Source of the DNA: Alphaproteobacteria bacterium
GTDB taxonomy: Bacteria; Pseudomonadota; Alphaproteobacteria; JAAXGF01
Length of the DNA stretch: 64,000 nucleotides
Direction: 5' to 3'
Assembly (NCBI GenBank): GCA_963555825.3
Contig: CAUVXB020000002.1
Coordinates: 1,216,001 to 1,280,000, forward strand
Within the stretch, counting starts at the first letter, position 1. Each line of letters opens with the position of its first letter. The notes beneath the pieces were generated by a model. The model was not told the DNA's origin. It saw only the letters and a program-made list of their open reading frames with translations, and did no database searches. Both the position numbers and the translations under genes were made by a program. Shown here in pieces: positions 33,518 through 44,112 of the stretch.

Positions 33518-34109
33518 TCTGGGCGGCCATCGCCACGCCCGGCTTGGCGTGCGACATGACCGTGAGGAACCCGCCGTCGGTGCCCATCAGGTAGACATAG
33601 CCCGAGTGGCCGACCTGGTAGTCGTCGTCGCCGGCATGTTCCTCGGCCTCGAAGAAGACGCTGTAGGCGGCCGAGACGGCCTCGGTCTGGCGCGCCGTTC
33701 CGGTCAGCCCGACGAGCCGGGGATGAAAACTCGGCACATACCCGGCGAGCGCCTCGACCGTGTCGCGCAGCGGGTCGACGGTGATGAAGATCGGCTGGAC
33801 GGCGTCACCCGCCGCGCCCAGCGCGTCGAGCGCCGTGCTCATGTTGTTGAGCGCCGGCACGCAGATGTCGGGGCAGTTGATGTAGCCGAAATAGATCAGC
33901 ATGTAGGCGCCGCGGTAGTCCTGGTCGCTCACCGCCCGGCCCAAGTGGTCGGTCAGCGCGAAGGGCCCGCCGATGGCGATCGCCGCGGGCGCCGGCTCAC
34001 GCGCCAAATCGCGCATGAGCCAAGCGCCGCCGGTCAGCAACACGGAGACGGCGACGGCCACCCAGGCCGCCCAGCGCACGGTCCGCAGCAGGCGCACTGG
34101 TTCGCTCAC
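33501..34109 (-). CDS. SCO1/SenC family copper chaperone
   Basis: GGPFALTDH, FGYINCPDIC, ITVDPLRDT, YQVGHS. Confidence 0.88.
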
Positions 34110-34936
34110 GCCGTCGTCAACCGATCGACGAGGGCAGCGCGGTCGCCTTCGGCGCGGCTCGCGCCGAGCCAGTCGAGCGCCGCGCGCAGACGCACGACCT
34201 CGCCGACGACGATCACCGCGGGCGGTTCGATGCCGGCCGCTTCGGCGTCTTTGGCGGCCTCGGCGAGCGTCGACACGACGACCCGCTGTTCGGGCAGCGT
34301 CGCGTTGGAGATGATCGCGACCGGCGTCGCGGCGTCGCGGCCGGCGCCGATCAGCCGCGTGGCGATCGCGTCGAGATGCTTGAGCGCCATGTAGAGCACG
34401 AGCACCTGCGAGCTGCCGGCAAGCGCGTCCCAATCGAGGTCTTCGGGCACCGTGCCGCCGACCGCGTGGCCGGTGACGAAGGTGACCGCCGAGTTGGTGT
34501 CGCGGTGGGTCATCGGGATGCCGGCATAGGCGAGCCCGCCGACGCCGGCGGTGATACCCGGCACCAGCCGGAATCGAACCCCGGCCTCGACCAATGCCAG
34601 CGCCTCCTCGCCGCCGCGCCCGAACAGGCAGGGATCGCCGCCCTTGAGACGGCAGACCCGCTTGCCCTCGCGGGCCAGTTCGACCAGCCGGCGCGAGATG
34701 TCGGGCTGCTTGGGCGACGGCTTGCCGCCGCGCTTGCCGGCGTAGATCAGCTCGCTCTCGGAATCCGCCAGCGCGAGCACCGCGTCGCTCACCAGCGCGT
34801 CATAGACCACGACATCGGCTTCTCTCAGCGCATGCAGCGCGAGCAGCGACAGAAGACCGGGATCGCCCGGCCCGGCGCCGACCAGCCAGACGGTTCCGGC
34901 CTCGAAATGCGGCAGTTCAATAGGCAGCGTGTCCAT
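34106..34936 (-). CDS. cobA: Uroporphyrinogen-III C-methyltransferase
   Basis: LVGAGPGDPGLL, YDALV, RLKGGDPCLFGRGGEE, PGITAG. Confidence 0.93.
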   Translation of the reverse strand: MDTLPIELPHFEAGTVWLVGAGPGDPGLLSLLALHALREADVVVYDALVSDAVLALADSESELIYAGKRGGKPSPKQPDISRRLVELAREGKRVCRLKGGDPCLFGRGGEEALALVEAGVRFRLVPGITAGVGGLAYAGIPMTHRDTNSAVTFVTGHAVGGTVPEDLDWDALAGSSQVLVLYMALKHLDAIATRLIGAGRDAATPVAIISNATLPEQRVVVSTLAEAAKDAEAAGIEPPAVIVVGEVVRLRAALDWLGASRAEGDRAALVDRLTTA

Positions 34937-34946
34937 GGCCGGGAAC

Positions 34947-36449
34947 TTACACCGATTGCGCGCCACGCGCGATGGCCAGCAGGCGGTCGAGGTCGATGGT
35001 GGCGGCGAGGCCGTCGGCAACGGCGTCGAGCGCGCTCTCGACCTCGTGCTGCCAGGCGATGCCACTCGCCGCGCGGTTCCTGAGCCGCGCCAGATAGGCG
35101 TGGCGGAAGCCGTCGGCGGCGAACAGCCCGTGGACGTAGCAGCCCTCGACGCGCCCGTCGGCCGAGCGCGCGCCGTCGTCGCGTTCACCCAAGCTGACCA
35201 TCGGCCGCGCGCGGTCGGCGCCCACCGTCTCGCCGATATGCATCTCATAGCCGGCGACCGCCTCGCCGGTCCGCACGCAATGCCCGGTCACCGGCGCGAG
35301 GCGTTTCTCGCCGGCCAGCCGGGTCTCGACGTCGAGCAGGCCGAGGCCCTCGGCCGCGCCGGGCGGCCCCTCGATGCCGTCCGGATCGGCGACGCTGGCG
35401 CCGAGCATCTGATAGCCGCCGCACAGACCGAGCACGGCGCCGCCGCGCCGAACATGGGCCGCGATGTCGATGTCCCAGCCCTGCTCGCGCAGGAACGCCA
35501 GGTCGGCGAGCGTCGCCTTGCTGCCCGGCAGGATGACCAAATCGGCGTCACCGGGCAGCGCGCGGCCGGGCTCGACGAAGCTGACGACGACGTCGGGCTC
35601 GGCGGCAAGCGGGTCGAGGTCGTCGAAGTTGGCGATACGCGCCAGCCTCGGCACGGCGATATGGATCGCGCCGGCGGGCGGCGGCGGCGCCACCCTGGCG
35701 CCGTCGAGCGCCACCGAATCCTCGGCCGGCAGGCGGCGCGCGGCGTCGATATGGGGCACCACGCCGAGCCCGGTGAGCCCGGTGCGCGCCTCGATCACCG
35801 CGAGGCCGTCGTCGAACAGGCGGGCATCGCCGCGGAACTTGTTGATCAGGAAACCCTTGAGCAGAGTTCGCTCGGCCGGCTCCATGAGCTCCCAGGTGCC
35901 GACGATGCTGGCGATGGCACCGCCCAACGCGATGTCGGCGACCAGCACCACCGGCACGCCGGCCGCCTCGGCGAAGCCCATGTTGGCGATATCGCCGGCG
36001 CGCAGGTTGACCTCGGCCGGGCTGCCCGCGCCCTCGACCAGCACCAGATCGGCGGTCGCGCTGAGGCGCGCGAAGCTCTCGATCACCTTGGGCAACAGGC
36101 GCGGTTTGAGCGCGGCGTAGTCGCGCGCCGCGACAGTCGCCATGACGCGCCCCTGGACGACGACCTGGGCCTCGCCGTCGGATTGCGGTTTCAACAGCAC
36201 CGGGTTCATGTCGACGCTCGGCTCGATACCGCAAGCGCGCGCCTGGAGCGCCTGGGCGCGGCCGATTTCGCCGCCGTCAGCGGTCACCGCGGCGTTGTTC
36301 GACATGTTCTGCGGCTTGAACGGGCGCACCGTCAGGCCGCGCCGCGTGTAGGCACGCGCCAGCCCGGCGACGAGCAGCGACTTGCCGACGTTCGAGCCCG
36401 TGCCCTGCAGCATCAATGCCGCGGGTGGTCCGGCCTCACGGCTTGGCAA
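34947..36449 (-). CDS. cobQ: Cobyric acid synthase
   Basis: [47 protein letters not shown]. Confidence 0.95.
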   Translation of the reverse strand: MPSREAGPPAALMLQGTGSNVGKSLLVAGLARAYTRRGLTVRPFKPQNMSNNAAVTADGGEIGRAQALQARACGIEPSVDMNPVLLKPQSDGEAQVVVQGRVMATVAARDYAALKPRLLPKVIESFARLSATADLVLVEGAGSPAEVNLRAGDIANMGFAEAAGVPVVLVADIALGGAIASIVGTWELMEPAERTLLKGFLINKFRGDARLFDDGLAVIEARTGLTGLGVVPHIDAARRLPAEDSVALDGARVAPPPPAGAIHIAVPRLARIANFDDLDPLAAEPDVVVSFVEPGRALPGDADLVILPGSKATLADLAFLREQGWDIDIAAHVRRGGAVLGLCGGYQMLGASVADPDGIEGPPGAAEGLGLLDVETRLAGEKRLAPVTGHCVRTGEAVAGYEMHIGETVGADRARPMVSLGERDDGARSADGRVEGCYVHGLFAADGFRHAYLARLRNRAASGIAWQHEVESALDAVADGLAATIDLDRLLAIARGAQSV

Positions 36450-37122
36450 GGGCCGCCCTGATGCCGTCGGCGCCGGGGTTCGAGACCTCGCGGTCGATGA
36501 CGATGGCGCGTGACGAGACCGGCTTGCCGTAATAGGTCTCGGCCGCTTCTTCGTCGGACGTCAGCACCGCGCCCTCGAACGAGATGCCACCGAACAGCCC
36601 CTTGGCGTGGGAAAAGGAGTAAATGTCGGCCTCGACGTTGAGCGTCGTGCCGGCGTCGACGCCGCCGCCCACGGTGCCCACGGCGATCGAGGCGTCGGTG
36701 CCGAGCGTCATCGTGTCGGCCATCATCGTCTCGAGCCCGCCGTCGGTCATGATCAGCAACATGACCTGCGAGACCTGGGCGCCGATCTGCAGGCCGATGC
36801 TCGCCGCCCCCAAGGTATAGAACGCCGGATAGCTCCACTCGCCGGTCTCGGCATCGCGCACCAACAGCACGCCGGCGCCGACCTCGCCGCCGACGATGAA
36901 GCCCGCCTTGACCATCTCGGGGACGACGACCACACCCTTGGCCCGGGCCAAGTAGGGCTTGAGGTTCGAGAACTTGTCCTCGCCGCGCAGTTCCTCGACC
37001 GTGATCTTGGCCTTGTCGATCAGGCGCTGTTCCTCGGACGCGGCGGCCGGCGCGCCCCAGCCGACGACCAGCGCCCAGAGCACGATCCAGGCCGGCAGCC
37101 GGCGCGTTATCGAATTCGTCAT
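36436..37122 (-). CDS. Lipid-binding SYLF (Ysc84) domain protein
   Basis: [35 protein letters not shown]. Confidence 0.85.
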   Translation of the reverse strand: MTNSITRRLPAWIVLWALVVGWGAPAAASEEQRLIDKAKITVEELRGEDKFSNLKPYLARAKGVVVVPEMVKAGFIVGGEVGAGVLLVRDAETGEWSYPAFYTLGAASIGLQIGAQVSQVMLLIMTDGGLETMMADTMTLGTDASIAVGTVGGGVDAGTTLNVEADIYSFSHAKGLFGGISFEGAVLTSDEEAAETYYGKPVSSRAIVIDREVSNPGADGIRAALAKP

Positions 37123-37179
37123 GTCGCTCACTCCAACTTGCTTTGCAACTTCGGGGCTTCGGTTCCCGCCCGGTACGTG

Positions 37180-37974
37180 TCACACGGCGACTACGATGCC
37201 ATAGAACAGCACCAGGGCGTAAGCGAGATGCGCGACAATCGCCGATTCGAGGCCGCGCCGCCAGTAGAGCCAGCCGAACAGCGCGCCGACGGCGATGCCG
37301 ATAAACTGGAGGGCGCGCGATTGTATGGCGTCGGCGGCGTCCGCCGGCCCGGCGATGCCGAGCGGCGTGACGTCGGAAAGCTCGTAAATCAGCGCCGAGA
37401 GCGCAACCGAGAACCACATGGCATACTTGCTCGGGCTGCCGTCGGGCGCCGGCAGCAGGTGGACCGTGAACCAGACGACGCCGGTCATGACGCCGAGCCG
37501 GAAGAAGATCTCGTCGTTGACCGCGGCGAACAGCGCCAGTGGCACGCCCGACGCCCAGGGCAACTCGGCCTGGATACCGGCGCCCGGCCCGATATGCGTC
37601 GTCCGCAGCACCACCGCGACGAGCACGACGGCGACCGCCGCGGCAGCGCCCAGCGCGGCGGCCGAGACGAGGTAGCGGACGACGCCTTCGACGCGTCCGC
37701 CGCCGAGCCAGGCGCTGAGGATCGGCGCGCCAATGCCGTAGCGTGCGCTGAGACGCAAGCCCAGATAGATCACCGCGGCATAGAGAACGGCGGCGCTAAC
37801 CAGCGGCAAAGCGTAGATCTCGCGCCAATCTGCGGCGGCGCCGGTTTGCTGAGCTTCGGCGACCCAGCCCGAGACCGGTGCCAGCAGCACCGTCGCGCCG
37901 ACGCCGGCGAGCCACAGCACCAGGAAAAGACGCAGCCCGACGCCCTTCGGCGGCGTCCTGTCGTCGTCGTTCAT
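37180..37974 (-). CDS. CPBP/Abi-like membrane protein with degenerate catalytic motifs
   Basis: Multiple TM segments, DEIFFR, FGWLYWRRGLESAIVAH. Confidence 0.7.
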   Translation of the reverse strand: MNDDDRTPPKGVGLRLFLVLWLAGVGATVLLAPVSGWVAEAQQTGAAADWREIYALPLVSAAVLYAAVIYLGLRLSARYGIGAPILSAWLGGGRVEGVVRYLVSAAALGAAAAVAVVLVAVVLRTTHIGPGAGIQAELPWASGVPLALFAAVNDEIFFRLGVMTGVVWFTVHLLPAPDGSPSKYAMWFSVALSALIYELSDVTPLGIAGPADAADAIQSRALQFIGIAVGALFGWLYWRRGLESAIVAHLAYALVLFYGIVVAV

Positions 37975-37977
37975 GGC

Positions 37978-38892
37978 TCAGAAACGCTGCCAGCCGGTCC
38001 CCTCGTGGCCGAAAGAGAAGGTTTCCGGATGCAGGATCTCGGCGAGGATCTCGACCGATTCGGCGAGCCTGGGACCGGGCCGGTTGAAGTACTGGTTGCC
38101 GTCGGTGACGTAGACCTCGCCGGCCTGCACGGACCCAAGCGCCTGCCATTCGGGGCGCCCGGCGAGCAACTCGGCATCGGCGCGGGTGCGCGCCATGTCA
38201 TAGCCGCAGGGCATCATGACGATGGCGTCGGGGTCGACGGCGGCGAGGGCGTCCCAACCGATGGTGGGCGCGTGTCCGCCGACGACGCCGAGCACATCGT
38301 CGCCGCCGGCCAGCGCGACCATCTCGGGCACCCAGTTGCCCGCCGCCATCAGCGGATCGGCCCATTCGACACAGACGACCCGTTTGCGCGGCCCGGCGGG
38401 CAGCGCCGCCGCGATCGACGCGACGCGCGCGCCGAGGGCGGCGGCGACCGGCTCGCCGGCGACGCCGAACGCCGCACCGACGCGCACCACGTCGTCCCAG
38501 ACGTCGCCGAGCCGCTGGGGCTGGAGCGAGATGACTTTCGCGTCGCAGCCGATCATCTCGCCGAGGGCGCGCTCGAGCGTCGCCAGGTCGATGGCGCAGA
38601 CGGCGCATTGGTCCTGGGTCACGATATGGCTCGGCGCCAGGCGCTCGAGCGTCGCGGTGTCGAGGTCGTAAATGCTGAGCGCGGTTTCGAGCATGGCGCG
38701 CACGCGCTCGTCGATCTCGCGGCTCGAGCCGCCGGTCTCGAAGGCCGGCCGCGTGCAGGCCGGCAGTTGGGCGACGCCGGCCGGGTGATCGCATTCATGC
38801 GAGCGGCCGACCAGGCGGTCGGCGAGGCCCAGCGCGGCGACGATCTCGGTGCCGCTCGGGATCAACGAGACGATGCGGGGATTCGCGGTCAC
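37978..38892 (-). CDS. BtuF-like cobalamin/iron substrate-binding protein
   Basis: RIVSLIPSGTEIV, VGRSHECD, VTQDQC, GNQYFNRPGPRL. Confidence 0.85.
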   Translation of the reverse strand: MTANPRIVSLIPSGTEIVAALGLADRLVGRSHECDHPAGVAQLPACTRPAFETGGSSREIDERVRAMLETALSIYDLDTATLERLAPSHIVTQDQCAVCAIDLATLERALGEMIGCDAKVISLQPQRLGDVWDDVVRVGAAFGVAGEPVAAALGARVASIAAALPAGPRKRVVCVEWADPLMAAGNWVPEMVALAGGDDVLGVVGGHAPTIGWDALAAVDPDAIVMMPCGYDMARTRADAELLAGRPEWQALGSVQAGEVYVTDGNQYFNRPGPRLAESVEILAEILHPETFSFGHEGTGWQRF

Positions 38893-38928
38893 GATGCAAG
38901 CGCCTTTCCAGAGCCGATGTGGCGCGCC

Positions 38929-39081
38929 TCAGCAGCCGCAGCGCCGGTCGAGGTCCTCCTGCCAGGTGCGCAACTTGTCGAATTCCCGGCTCATACTTCG
39001 CTGCTGGGTCGCGCCGCCGGCGAACAGTCCGCCGAGGCGGACGGCCAGTGCCCGGAACAATTCAGTGACGGCCTTCGACAT
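38929..39081 (-). CDS. Small hypothetical protein (50 aa) ending in Cys-Gly-Cys
   Basis: GGAGG RBS before ATG 39081; MSKAVTELFRALAVRLGGLFAGGATQQRSMSREFDKLRTWQEDLDRRCGC; below the ORF-track cutoff. Confidence 0.55.
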   Translation of the reverse strand: MSKAVTELFRALAVRLGGLFAGGATQQRSMSREFDKLRTWQEDLDRRCGC

Positions 39082-39147
39082 GTGTTTCCTCCGCGCGGTT
39101 CGGCGTGATGCGGCCCAGCCAGACTAGCACGTTGCCACCTAAGTGCG

Positions 39148-39768
39148 CTATGTCGGCTGGTGATTGACCCAGGCGACGCGCCAGTCGCCGCCCGGTCCCG
39201 GGCCCGGGACGTGGTCGAGCCGCGTAATCGCCAGATTGGCGGTCGCAAAGGCCAGCGCGGCGTCGATCTCGATGCCGAGCGCGATGGCGAGCGCGGCGCG
39301 GATCGTGCCGCCGTGGGCGACGGCGACGATGTCGCGCCCGGCATGTGCCGTAGTCAGCCGCTCGACCACGGCTCCGACGCGCACGACGACATCGGCGAAG
39401 CTCTCGCCGCCGGGCGGCGCGTGATGCGCCGGCGTCGCCCAGAACTTGTGATAGACGCGCTGGCCGCTGCGCTCGATCTCGGCCCAGCTGCGGCCCTGCC
39501 AATTGCCGAAGTCCTGCTCGGCGAGGTCGGGCTCGACGAGCGGCTCGATGGCGTAACCGCCGGTCTCGGCGATCGCCGCCGCGGTCAGCTTGGCGCGGCT
39601 CAGATGGCTCGTCACCCACTGCGCCCCGGCCGGAACGCGCGCAGCGAGCGCGCGAAACGCGGCGCTGTCGGAGACATCGCAGTCGACCTCGGAGTTGCCG
39701 TAGGCCTTGCCGTCCATACCGACGACCGGCGCATGCCGCACCCACCACCAGCTCGTCGTCGTACTCAT
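39148..39768 (-). CDS. Histidine phosphatase family protein (CobC-like)
   Basis: WWWVRHAP, EQDFGNWQG, PPGGESF, VAHGGTIR. Confidence 0.85.
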   Translation of the reverse strand: MSTTTSWWWVRHAPVVGMDGKAYGNSEVDCDVSDSAAFRALAARVPAGAQWVTSHLSRAKLTAAAIAETGGYAIEPLVEPDLAEQDFGNWQGRSWAEIERSGQRVYHKFWATPAHHAPPGGESFADVVVRVGAVVERLTTAHAGRDIVAVAHGGTIRAALAIALGIEIDAALAFATANLAITRLDHVPGPGPGGDWRVAWVNHQPT

Positions 39769-39928
39769 CACCAAGTCCCTTCGATCCTTCGGATTACCGT
39801 AACTTCCGAGCGACCGGGTATAGGGCACCGCGCCGCCGACGGCAATCGCCGCAAGCGGCCCGCGTCGCACCTGGGTTCGAAATTCTGCCGGATCGACGCC
39901 CGGAACGGATATGCGCCTCGATGATCGG

Positions 39929-40088
39929 TTACTCGGGCAACCCGGCCTTGCGCATGCCGTCTTCGAAACGCGCCAATTCCGCCGGGTCCCGGTAGGACAG
40001 CCGCCCGACGTACTTCTTGATCGAATACTCGGGATCGTGCCTGAGGATCGCGGCAACCGTCCTCTCGGCGTCCTCCTCGCGCCCCAGC
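39929..40088 (-). pseudogene. C-terminal remnant resembling the tail of TPR-containing adenylate cyclase-type proteins
   Basis: LGREEDAERTVAAILRHDPEYSI...DGMRKAGLPE-stop with no usable start. Confidence 0.55.
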
Positions 40089-40910
40089 CTATGCCAAGGT
40101 GGGGGTCGCGACGAAGAGGTCGCGCCGCAGCAGACCTTCCTCGATCGCGCCGAATTCCGCTCGCCACCCCGCTTGTCGCTCGGCGAACTCGGCGGCGCCG
40201 AGCAGCGGCTCCAATTGATCCTTGAACTCCTCGTCGGCGGATTCGAAGCGGCGGATCGAGTCCGCATAGTCCGCGGTGATGTCCGAAGAATCGGTGACCG
40301 TCCAGCCGGTTTGACCGAGCAGCGTCGGATAGTCCGTCTCGGGCTCGCCAAATACGGGCGCGCCTGCGAGGGCGCGCTCGCGGTCGGCGGGTGAGAGGCC
40401 CGGCGTGATCCAGATGACCGTGAAGACCATACGCCCCGTGTCGCGGATCACCCGCCGGCACGCCTCGAGCACGCCGCGCTTGTCCTCGAGGCAGCACAGC
40501 ACGTCGGAGTGACTGATGGCGTCGAAGCTCGCGTCGCAAAACGGCATCTCGGATCCGTCGGCGACGGCGAACCGACAGCGGTCCGACATGCGGTCTCTCG
40601 CCGCCCGTTCGTTCGCGATCTTGAGCCCGTTGAGCGGCAGGTCCACGAGCACGGCGTCGCAGCCCGTTTGCTTCGCGAAATAGAGGCCCGGCCAACCGGC
40701 GCCGGCGCCGACATCCATGAGGCGAACGCCCGGTTTGAGGCCCAGAAGCACGGCTATGCGGCGCGCCTCGTCACGGGTGGTCCAACTGTTGCCGCCATAA
40801 TCACAGCCGCAGGCGCGGCGTTCGACGGAAAGAATGGCCGGCGATTGAGACCGTTCGTAGGTCTGGGCAAAACGCTCTCGCCTCGCCAGTTCTTCCGGGC
40901 TCAGCGCCAT
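40089..40910 (-). CDS. Class I SAM-dependent methyltransferase
   Basis: LMDVGAGAGWPG, ADGSEMPFCDASFDAI. Confidence 0.82.
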   Translation of the reverse strand: MALSPEELARRERFAQTYERSQSPAILSVERRACGCDYGGNSWTTRDEARRIAVLLGLKPGVRLMDVGAGAGWPGLYFAKQTGCDAVLVDLPLNGLKIANERAARDRMSDRCRFAVADGSEMPFCDASFDAISHSDVLCCLEDKRGVLEACRRVIRDTGRMVFTVIWITPGLSPADRERALAGAPVFGEPETDYPTLLGQTGWTVTDSSDITADYADSIRRFESADEEFKDQLEPLLGAAEFAERQAGWRAEFGAIEEGLLRRDLFVATPTLA

Positions 40911-41157
40911 CAGACGCAGCGCCACGCGCGCCAAGGGGCGCTTGGTCTCTGTAGAGCCCTGCTATTCCTCAGAGCGGTGTGCGTCGTCTTCCGACGGCGT
41001 TCCATCGGCACTTCCCCCCCAAACGTCAAGATTAGCGAATGGTTGCGGAATAATCCACGCGGCACCGAATTCATGCCCGCGGTGCTACGGGCATTGATCC
41101 TTCCGACGTCCAGACATAACATGAACGTATCGGCGGAACCGGGTGGGGGTGGCGATC

Positions 41158-41628
41158 ATGGCGACGATGGGGGAACTGGCGCTCGATATCGTGCGGCCAT
41201 GCCGTGACGAGGGCGACGCGGCGCTGGTGGCGCGCGGCGTCGGCCGGCTGCTGGGCGAGATGGGCTTTGCGGCGCTGTGCGAGATGCGCGTCGGCCACGG
41301 CCGGCGCGTCGACGTCATCGGGCTCAACCGGCGCGGCCAGTTCGCCATCGTCGAGATCAAGGTGAGCGCCGCCGATCTGCGCGCCGACCGCAAATGGCCC
41401 GACTATCTGGACTACTGCGACAGCTTCTACTTCGCCGTGCCGGCCGGTTTCGACCAGCGCCTGCTGCCGACCGGGACCGGCGTCATCGTCGCCGACCGCT
41501 ATGGCGGCGCCGTGGTGCGCCGCGCCGAGACCGCAAAAATGGCGGCAGCGACGCGCCGCGTGCAGACCGTCCGTTTCGCGCGTTACGCCGCCAACCGCCT
41601 ACGCCGCCTCGACGACCCGCCGGTCTAG
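41158..41628 (+). CDS. mmcB: MmcB family DNA repair endonuclease
   Basis: GRRVDVIGL, IVEIKVSAADLRADRKWPDYLDYCD; start uncertain. Confidence 0.88.
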   Translation: MATMGELALDIVRPCRDEGDAALVARGVGRLLGEMGFAALCEMRVGHGRRVDVIGLNRRGQFAIVEIKVSAADLRADRKWPDYLDYCDSFYFAVPAGFDQRLLPTGTGVIVADRYGGAVVRRAETAKMAAATRRVQTVRFARYAANRLRRLDDPPV

Positions 41629-41631
41629 CCC

Positions 41632-43203
41632 TTAGCCGCCCGAGCCTTGCACCCGTTGATGCAGCGCGGCGATCGAGTGATGCGCCGACAGGATCGCGCC
41701 CTCCTGCCACGCGCGGAGGTAGCTGACATGCTCGCCCGCGAAGTAGAACGGGCCATCGGCGCGGGTCAGGGCGGGATAATATTTCTCGCGCGCGATGCCG
41801 GACCATTTCGTCCAGGCGCTGCGCGCGTACGGCATGTTCTGCCAGGCCACCGAAATCGGCCGCGACACTTCGTTCTCGAATTCGGGATGAAGCCGGCGAC
41901 CGCTCTCGCGTGCGTATTCGGCCCGTTCCGTCGGCGAACGATTGCCGAACTGCTGGGCGACAAGCGAGTAATTGTAGGCACCGATCAGGATGCCCTTGTC
42001 GCCGTGGAAACCCGACGAGGGGTACCAGATCTGGGTGATATCGCGTTCGGTCCAGGAAATCCCGCCGTAGATGCCTAAATCCTCTTCCCAGAAGCGCCGC
42101 TCGGCCTGCCAGGCGAGCTTGCAGGACTCGACGTAAAGCGATCGGCTAATCGCCGTGGTCGTCGGCTCCGAGAAGTCACTCTCGATATCGCGCATGACCG
42201 CCAGCGGAATCGTGCAGATACAGTAATCGGCCTCGGCCGCCGTCTCCGCGCCGCTCGTTCGATCGCGATAGACGATGCGTGTCCTGTCGCCGGCGCGCCG
42301 GATCTGCGTCACCTCGGCGCCGAAGGTGATGCGGTCGCCGACTCTCCGTTCGAACGCGGCCGCGATGCGGTCCATGCCGCCGACCGGCTGAAGCATCGTC
42401 GCCTGCATGTCGAATTGTTCGAGTTTATGCATCTTCCACGACCAGAAGTTCGAATTGAGCAGGACCGACAGGTCGAACGGCGCGCGCGGCTCGCCCGCCT
42501 GCAGGCCGGCGCCCGGTGGCGTCGCGTAGCCGGCCCGGCTCGAGCCGCGGTAGATTGCGTCCTTGTCGAGATCGCCGAAACCCCTGAGAAAGACGCCGAG
42601 GCGCCGTTTGTCGCCCGGCGTGAGCGCGTCGTCGAGCGCGGTGGTGTCGAGCGCCTTGGCCAGCAGCTCGGCGACGTAGCCGCGAAAATCATGGTACAGC
42701 GCGCGCGATTCGATCGGCGTGCCGTCGAACCGGTAGTCGTCGTGGAACAGGGCGCCGCGGTTGGTGTTGACGAAGACCTCGAGATCGACGCCGAACGCCT
42801 TGCAGTAGCCCAGGATGGCCCGGTGATGGGCCGGGATGCGCGCCGGACCGGCGTTGAAGTAGAGCCCGTCGTCGAAGCTGCAGGTCTGGGCTTCTCCCTT
42901 GATCTCTTCGACGCGCGTGCCGCGCCGGATCGTCCAACAACGGCCGCCGGCGCGATCGCTCGCCTCGAGAATGCGGCAGTCATAACCGGCCTTGCCGAGC
43001 TCGTAAGCCGCCGTCATGCCGGCCAGCCCGGCGCCGAGGATGACGACCGACGTGCCGCTGCCCGACCCCGGCGCCAACTCGGGTGGGCCGGCGTAGGCCA
43101 CCGGCATCGGCAGCAGCCCGAGCTGCTGCATGGTCACGTAGGCCGCGCCGTAGCCGCCCGCGAGCGCGACCCGATCGATGAATCGCCGTCGCGTCAGCGC
43201 CAT
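41632..43203 (-). CDS. Flavin monoamine oxidase / L-amino-acid oxidase family, Tat-like signal
   Basis: TRRRF, GAGLAG, RAGGR, NAGPARIP, QPVGGMD, FAGEHVS..WQEGA. Confidence 0.9.
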   Translation of the reverse strand: MALTRRRFIDRVALAGGYGAAYVTMQQLGLLPMPVAYAGPPELAPGSGSGTSVVILGAGLAGMTAAYELGKAGYDCRILEASDRAGGRCWTIRRGTRVEEIKGEAQTCSFDDGLYFNAGPARIPAHHRAILGYCKAFGVDLEVFVNTNRGALFHDDYRFDGTPIESRALYHDFRGYVAELLAKALDTTALDDALTPGDKRRLGVFLRGFGDLDKDAIYRGSSRAGYATPPGAGLQAGEPRAPFDLSVLLNSNFWSWKMHKLEQFDMQATMLQPVGGMDRIAAAFERRVGDRITFGAEVTQIRRAGDRTRIVYRDRTSGAETAAEADYCICTIPLAVMRDIESDFSEPTTTAISRSLYVESCKLAWQAERRFWEEDLGIYGGISWTERDITQIWYPSSGFHGDKGILIGAYNYSLVAQQFGNRSPTERAEYARESGRRLHPEFENEVSRPISVAWQNMPYARSAWTKWSGIAREKYYPALTRADGPFYFAGEHVSYLRAWQEGAILSAHHSIAALHQRVQGSGG

Positions 43204-43358
43204 GTCGCCGTCCCTCCTCTGCCGCGGCAGGCCAGCTCGATTGCTCGCGGATGGCAGGAGTGCCGAGATCAGTCTAGCACGCGAACGGCCGATGCGGCGG
43301 TTACACCGCGCGGTGGAAGGCCTCGGGGCAGTCGGTCACAAAGTCGTCCGCCGATGGC

Positions 43359-44084
43359 TCACGTCATATATTGGCCGCCGTTGATCGTCAGCGTCGAGCC
43401 GGTGATGAAGCCGGCGTCCTCGGCGGCGAGGAACACGACGGCGCGGCCGATCTCGGCGGCCTCGCCGAGCCGGCCGGCCGGGATGAGCGGCAGGATCTTG
43501 GTCTTCAGCACGTCCTCGGGCACCGCGCGCACCATTTCGGTGGCGATATAGCCGGGCGCGATGGCGTTCACCGTGATGCCCTTGAAGGCGTTCTCCTGCG
43601 CCAACGCCTTGGTGAAGCCGATCACGCCGGCCTTGGCGGCCGAATAATTGGCCTGGCCCATCTGGCCCTTCTGGCCGTTGATCGAGCTGATCGAGACGAT
43701 GCGCCCGAAGCCGCGCGCGCGCATGCCCTCGAGGACGCCGCGCGACATGTTGAACACCGAATCGAGGTTGGTGCGGATAACCGCCTGCCAGTTCTCGAGC
43801 GACGTCTTGTGCAACATGCCGTCGCGCGTGATGCCGGCGTTGTTGACCAGCACGTCGACCGGGCCGAGATCGGCCTCGACCTGTGCGATGCCCGCCTGAC
43901 AGGCGTCGAAGTCGCCGACGTCCCAGCGATACGCCGCGATGCCGGTCGCCGCGGTGAACGCCTCGGCCGCCTCGACATTGCCGCCGTAATTGGCGGCGAC
44001 CGTGTGGCCGGCGTCCTTGAGCGCGATCGAGATCGCCTCGCCGATGCCCCGGGTGCCGCCGGTCACCAATGCTACACGCGCCAT
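43359..44084 (-). CDS. phaB: Acetoacetyl-CoA reductase
   Basis: TGGTRGIG, NNAGITRD, SSINGQKGQMGQANYSAAKAG, INGGQYM. Confidence 0.95.
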   Translation of the reverse strand: MARVALVTGGTRGIGEAISIALKDAGHTVAANYGGNVEAAEAFTAATGIAAYRWDVGDFDACQAGIAQVEADLGPVDVLVNNAGITRDGMLHKTSLENWQAVIRTNLDSVFNMSRGVLEGMRARGFGRIVSISSINGQKGQMGQANYSAAKAGVIGFTKALAQENAFKGITVNAIAPGYIATEMVRAVPEDVLKTKILPLIPAGRLGEAAEIGRAVVFLAAEDAGFITGSTLTINGGQYMT

Positions 44085-44112
44085 AGTACCCTCCCCCGTT
44101 ATCGCGCCGCGG

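Noticed and set aside
37180-37974. Abi-like protein as an anti-phage system
   Set aside because: It is a CPBP-type membrane protein with no defence-island context.
39770-39928. Cobalamin riboswitch upstream of the CobC-like/BtuF-like genes
   Set aside because: No B12-box-like sequence recognised; only a plausible TTGCCG-N17-TATACC promoter.
40910-41005. Short ORF (MERRRKTTH...) overlapping the methyltransferase start
   Set aside because: No recognisable motif or compositional support; it may be incidental.
40935-41110. tRNA or integration site next to the methyltransferase
   Set aside because: No cloverleaf or T-loop consensus recognised, and no integrase nearby.
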